From a virus (lineage: Duplodnaviria > Caudoviricetes), in IMG/VR virus record IMGVR_UViG_3300017766_003544, positions 1 to 35,774 of that record: DNA of 35,774 nt; one strand, 5' to 3'. Of the stretch, positions 33,193 through 35,774 are shown piece after piece (the stretch's first letter is position 1; the number at the start of each line of letters is the position of its first letter). The notes under the pieces were generated by a model, which searched no databases, was not told where the DNA came from, and was given only the letters and a program-made list of their open reading frames with translations. The translations under genes were made by a program, and so were the position numbers.

Positions 33193-34977
33193 GAAGCCGG
33201 GGACGAGGCGGGCGATCCAGAGCGCGATGAGGCCGAGCTTGGAGCAGTCGCCATAGTGGTCGTGGGGGACGCGTTTCCACTGGTTGGTGGACTTGTCCTT
33301 CATCTGGCCGGTGTGGCCCATGATGAGGGAGGCATCAGCATCGCTCGGGAGGTGGAAGCCGGGGGTGCTGCGGCGGGCGATGCGGGAGCCGTAGAGGTCA
33401 TCCTTTGCCTGGGTGTCTGAGTAGGTGTAGAGCTTCAGGCCGGGACGGGAGGCGGCGCGGGTTTCGTTGACGGTGCCGTGCTTGGCGTCGCTGCCTTTGG
33501 TTGGCCAGTAGAAGCCGCCGGAGGCTTCGCAGATGTCATACTGTGTCTCGGTGAGGTAGCCGGAATCAATGTAGCCGATGCGGGGGACGATGCGCTCATC
33601 GGTGCCGGGGATGGTGTAGAGGCGATGGCGGAGGAAGTCGGCGGAGACGAGCTCGCGGGAGCTGAGGAGGGTGCCCCAGTCAATGACGAAGAGTCCGCCT
33701 TCGGGAGAGATGGCGGTGACGGTCCAGTGAGTGAGTGCTTCGCCGGGGTCGGCAGTGAGGACGAGGAGCTTGGGCCGGAAGGGCAGGGAGCCGCGCCCGT
33801 AGTCGGTGGAGATGCAGGCTCGGACGGTTTCCTCTTTGATGTTATGGGCGAGGTCGGACCAGCAGTTGGCGAGCCATGAGTTTGCGTGGTTTTGATGGTT
33901 GCCGAGGAGGTCGGCGGGCTTGATGCGGTTCCAGGCGACATCGCCGAAGGTGAGGGCGGGGGAGTAGAAGGACGGGAGGCGAAAGGATTTGTTTCGCTGG
34001 GCGGTGGCGGGGTTGAGGTCGATGGGCTCGACGCGGTCGAGCATGGGGAGGCGGTCTTCTTCGCGGATGGGGTAGGCGCAGGAGGGGCAGATGTAGCGGA
34101 TGGTTTCGCGGACTTTTTGTTCGACCCAGAGGCCGTGGGAGTCGCGGGAGTCTGGGGACCAGACGAGGCTGCGGTAGTCGCTATCGACTTTCTCGTAGCC
34201 GGGGTGTTTGGAGTCGTGGCTTTTATCGGGCCAGTCTTCGAAGGGGAAGAGGTGCTGACATTCGGGACAGGAGACGAGGAAATGAGTTTGTGATCCGGCT
34301 TCGTAGCGGGTCCAGAAAGGGTGCGTGACAATGTTTGGGGACGAGCTTTTGTAGCGGAAGGCGTCGGGGCCGAAGGACTTGGCACGCTCGTCGGCGAGGT
34401 CCATGGGGTGCGCTTCGGGGCTGTCTTCGTTGGAGTGGTGCTCAAATTTGCAGCACTCGTCTTGAAAAATATCGCGTTCGGAAGTGGAGGCGAGGTTGGC
34501 GGGGGAGTTGGTGCCGGTGAGGCGGATGGCTCCGCCGAGCATGTCCATCTCCATATCCGTGAAGTGGTCGGAGTTGGCGGGTTTTCGCTCGGAGAGGATG
34601 GGGTTGAGATTGATGAGGGGCTGGAGTTTTTTTCTGGAGACGGCTTTTTGGGCGGTGTCTTTGGTTGGGAAAACGATGAGCTTTGGGGAGGGGACGTTGA
34701 CCATCCGGTAAACGAGCATCATGAGGAGGCCGAAGGTCTTGAAGACCTGGGTGGCGGAGCAGGTGGTGACGTCGGTGATGCCACGGGCGGGGTCGGCGCA
34801 TTCGAGGATGTGCTGGGCGAAGCCTTGATGCTGGAGGCTGAAGGGGGCCATGGCTCCATGGACGCGGGCCGGGGACATGGAGCGGGGGATTTGAATATGC
34901 CGACTGAGGAACTCGACCACGGCGGGGCGCTGCTCAACCAAGGCGAGGCGCAGGAGATGGGCGCGGCGGTCACTCAT
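33187..34977 (-). CDS. terL: Terminase large subunit (lambda GpA family)
   Basis: SATQVFKT (Walker A variant), IFQDE (Walker B), SSP, CPEC...CPSC, FRLPSFYSP, IDSGY, KGSD and HYGDC motifs. Confidence 0.92.
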   Translation of the reverse strand: MSDRRAHLLRLALVEQRPAVVEFLSRHIQIPRSMSPARVHGAMAPFSLQHQGFAQHILECADPARGITDVTTCSATQVFKTFGLLMMLVYRMVNVPSPKLIVFPTKDTAQKAVSRKKLQPLINLNPILSERKPANSDHFTDMEMDMLGGAIRLTGTNSPANLASTSERDIFQDECCKFEHHSNEDSPEAHPMDLADERAKSFGPDAFRYKSSSPNIVTHPFWTRYEAGSQTHFLVSCPECQHLFPFEDWPDKSHDSKHPGYEKVDSDYRSLVWSPDSRDSHGLWVEQKVRETIRYICPSCAYPIREEDRLPMLDRVEPIDLNPATAQRNKSFRLPSFYSPALTFGDVAWNRIKPADLLGNHQNHANSWLANCWSDLAHNIKEETVRACISTDYGRGSLPFRPKLLVLTADPGEALTHWTVTAISPEGGLFVIDWGTLLSSRELVSADFLRHRLYTIPGTDERIVPRIGYIDSGYLTETQYDICEASGGFYWPTKGSDAKHGTVNETRAASRPGLKLYTYSDTQAKDDLYGSRIARRSTPGFHLPSDADASLIMGHTGQMKDKSTNQWKRVPHDHYGDCSKLGLIALWIARLVPGFI

Positions 34978-35666
34978 GCGGCGAGGGCGGCTGTGGGGCT
35001 GGGGTCGATGAAGGACCGAATGGCGGGGTTGAGGCGACGCTGGACCCAGTCGTCGAAGAGGCGATTGATGCGGGCGGGGTTGGCGGGGTCGATCTGGGCG
35101 GCGAGGTCGGGGATGAGGGAGCGCCAGAGGTCGGTGAGCTTGCGGACGTCATCGCAGAGGGCGTCATACTCGGAGACGGGGAGGAGGCGGCGGTTTTCGA
35201 TGTCGGACTGGACGCGTTTTTGACGGGCGGAATGGTAGCTGGCGAGGCACTGGCAGGCGATGCGAGCGAAGCCAGCGGCTGTGATGGAGTCGGCGCGGGC
35301 GCAGCGGCGGGCGGCTTCGGAGTTCTCTTTGAACATCTCCCAGGCGGTGCATTCGGCGTGCTCCTCGGGGGTGCGGTCGGAGATGGGTTTGTCGATGGCT
35401 GGGGGTGCGGGGAGCGGGCCGGGAGGGACGTCGCCCTCGGCAGGCGGCGGGGGGTTGTCACGGAGGCGGGAGGTGAAGGCGAGGACGGCCTCGGGCGTGG
35501 GGGCGACCTTGGGGTCGTGGATCTTTCGCCCCTGGGTGGCAAGCCATGCAATCCACTTGGGGTGGCGCTTTTTCGCGTGGTCCTGAGCGGTCCGCTTCGT
35601 CTGGCAATGGGGGAGCACTTCACGCCAGTAGGCGGTGATGAGTTCTCGGTTTTCGTGGTTGGCCAT
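34974..35666 (-). CDS. terS: Putative terminase small subunit
   Basis: Directly upstream of terL with an ATGA overlap. Helical C-terminus (RRLLPVSE). Assigned by synteny. Confidence 0.65.
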   Translation of the reverse strand: MANHENRELITAYWREVLPHCQTKRTAQDHAKKRHPKWIAWLATQGRKIHDPKVAPTPEAVLAFTSRLRDNPPPPAEGDVPPGPLPAPPAIDKPISDRTPEEHAECTAWEMFKENSEAARRCARADSITAAGFARIACQCLASYHSARQKRVQSDIENRRLLPVSEYDALCDDVRKLTDLWRSLIPDLAAQIDPANPARINRLFDDWVQRRLNPAIRSFIDPSPTAALAA

Positions 35667-35774
35667 TGCGCGGAAGTGCCCTTTGCGCGTCGCGCAGTGT
35701 CAAAGCGCAGACTTTGCGCGGAGGGTTGCGCATTGCCCATTGCGCGAACGCTCTCAAATACGCTTAATTTCTCT

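Larger units (their letters stand above)
1..35774 (-). mobile_element. Temperate tailed phage genome (lambda-like packaging, non-contractile tail), excised or virion form
   Basis: Packaging, head, tail, lysis, integrase, immunity and replication modules are all present in circularly consistent order. The attP core is internal and undivided, and no host housekeeping genes are seen. Confidence 0.93.

Overview
This looks like a complete or near-complete temperate siphovirus genome of about 35.8 kb in excised form. The attP is intact and carries a tRNA-Glu-like 3' end, and the window seems to be opened just upstream of terS. Almost all genes are on the minus strand. From right to left: lambda-type packaging and head genes (terS, GpA-type terL, portal, ClpP protease-scaffold, P22-coat-like capsid), tail genes (chaperone with a -1 frameshift, tape measure, fibres), lysis, attP and integrase, a ribbon-helix-helix immunity switch, and a long early operon ending in primase and helicase. 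A PVC-group host (e.g. Verrucomicrobiota) is an unverified impression. The standout is a phage-borne integron with unusual design. An intact IntI-type integrase (3116-4114) lies inside the early operon, next to an attI-like site and four attC cassettes. A second copy of the attI-like site, with its own attC cassette, lies 28.6 kb away between terL and the head genes. All cassette ORFs are inverted relative to the attC sites. In the main array they read through the crossover points in one fixed frame (AAC = Asn) and stop inside the neighbouring att site, and most also start inside their own attC. The att sites therefore double as coding sequence and translational couplers, so shuffling should preserve operon translation and swap protein C-termini. 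Other oddities are a TTGACA motif 11-31 nt before most late genes, a G/C skew flip at attP without a change of coding strand, and signal-peptide-like N-termini on putative virion proteins. All calls were made by eye; no database searches were run.
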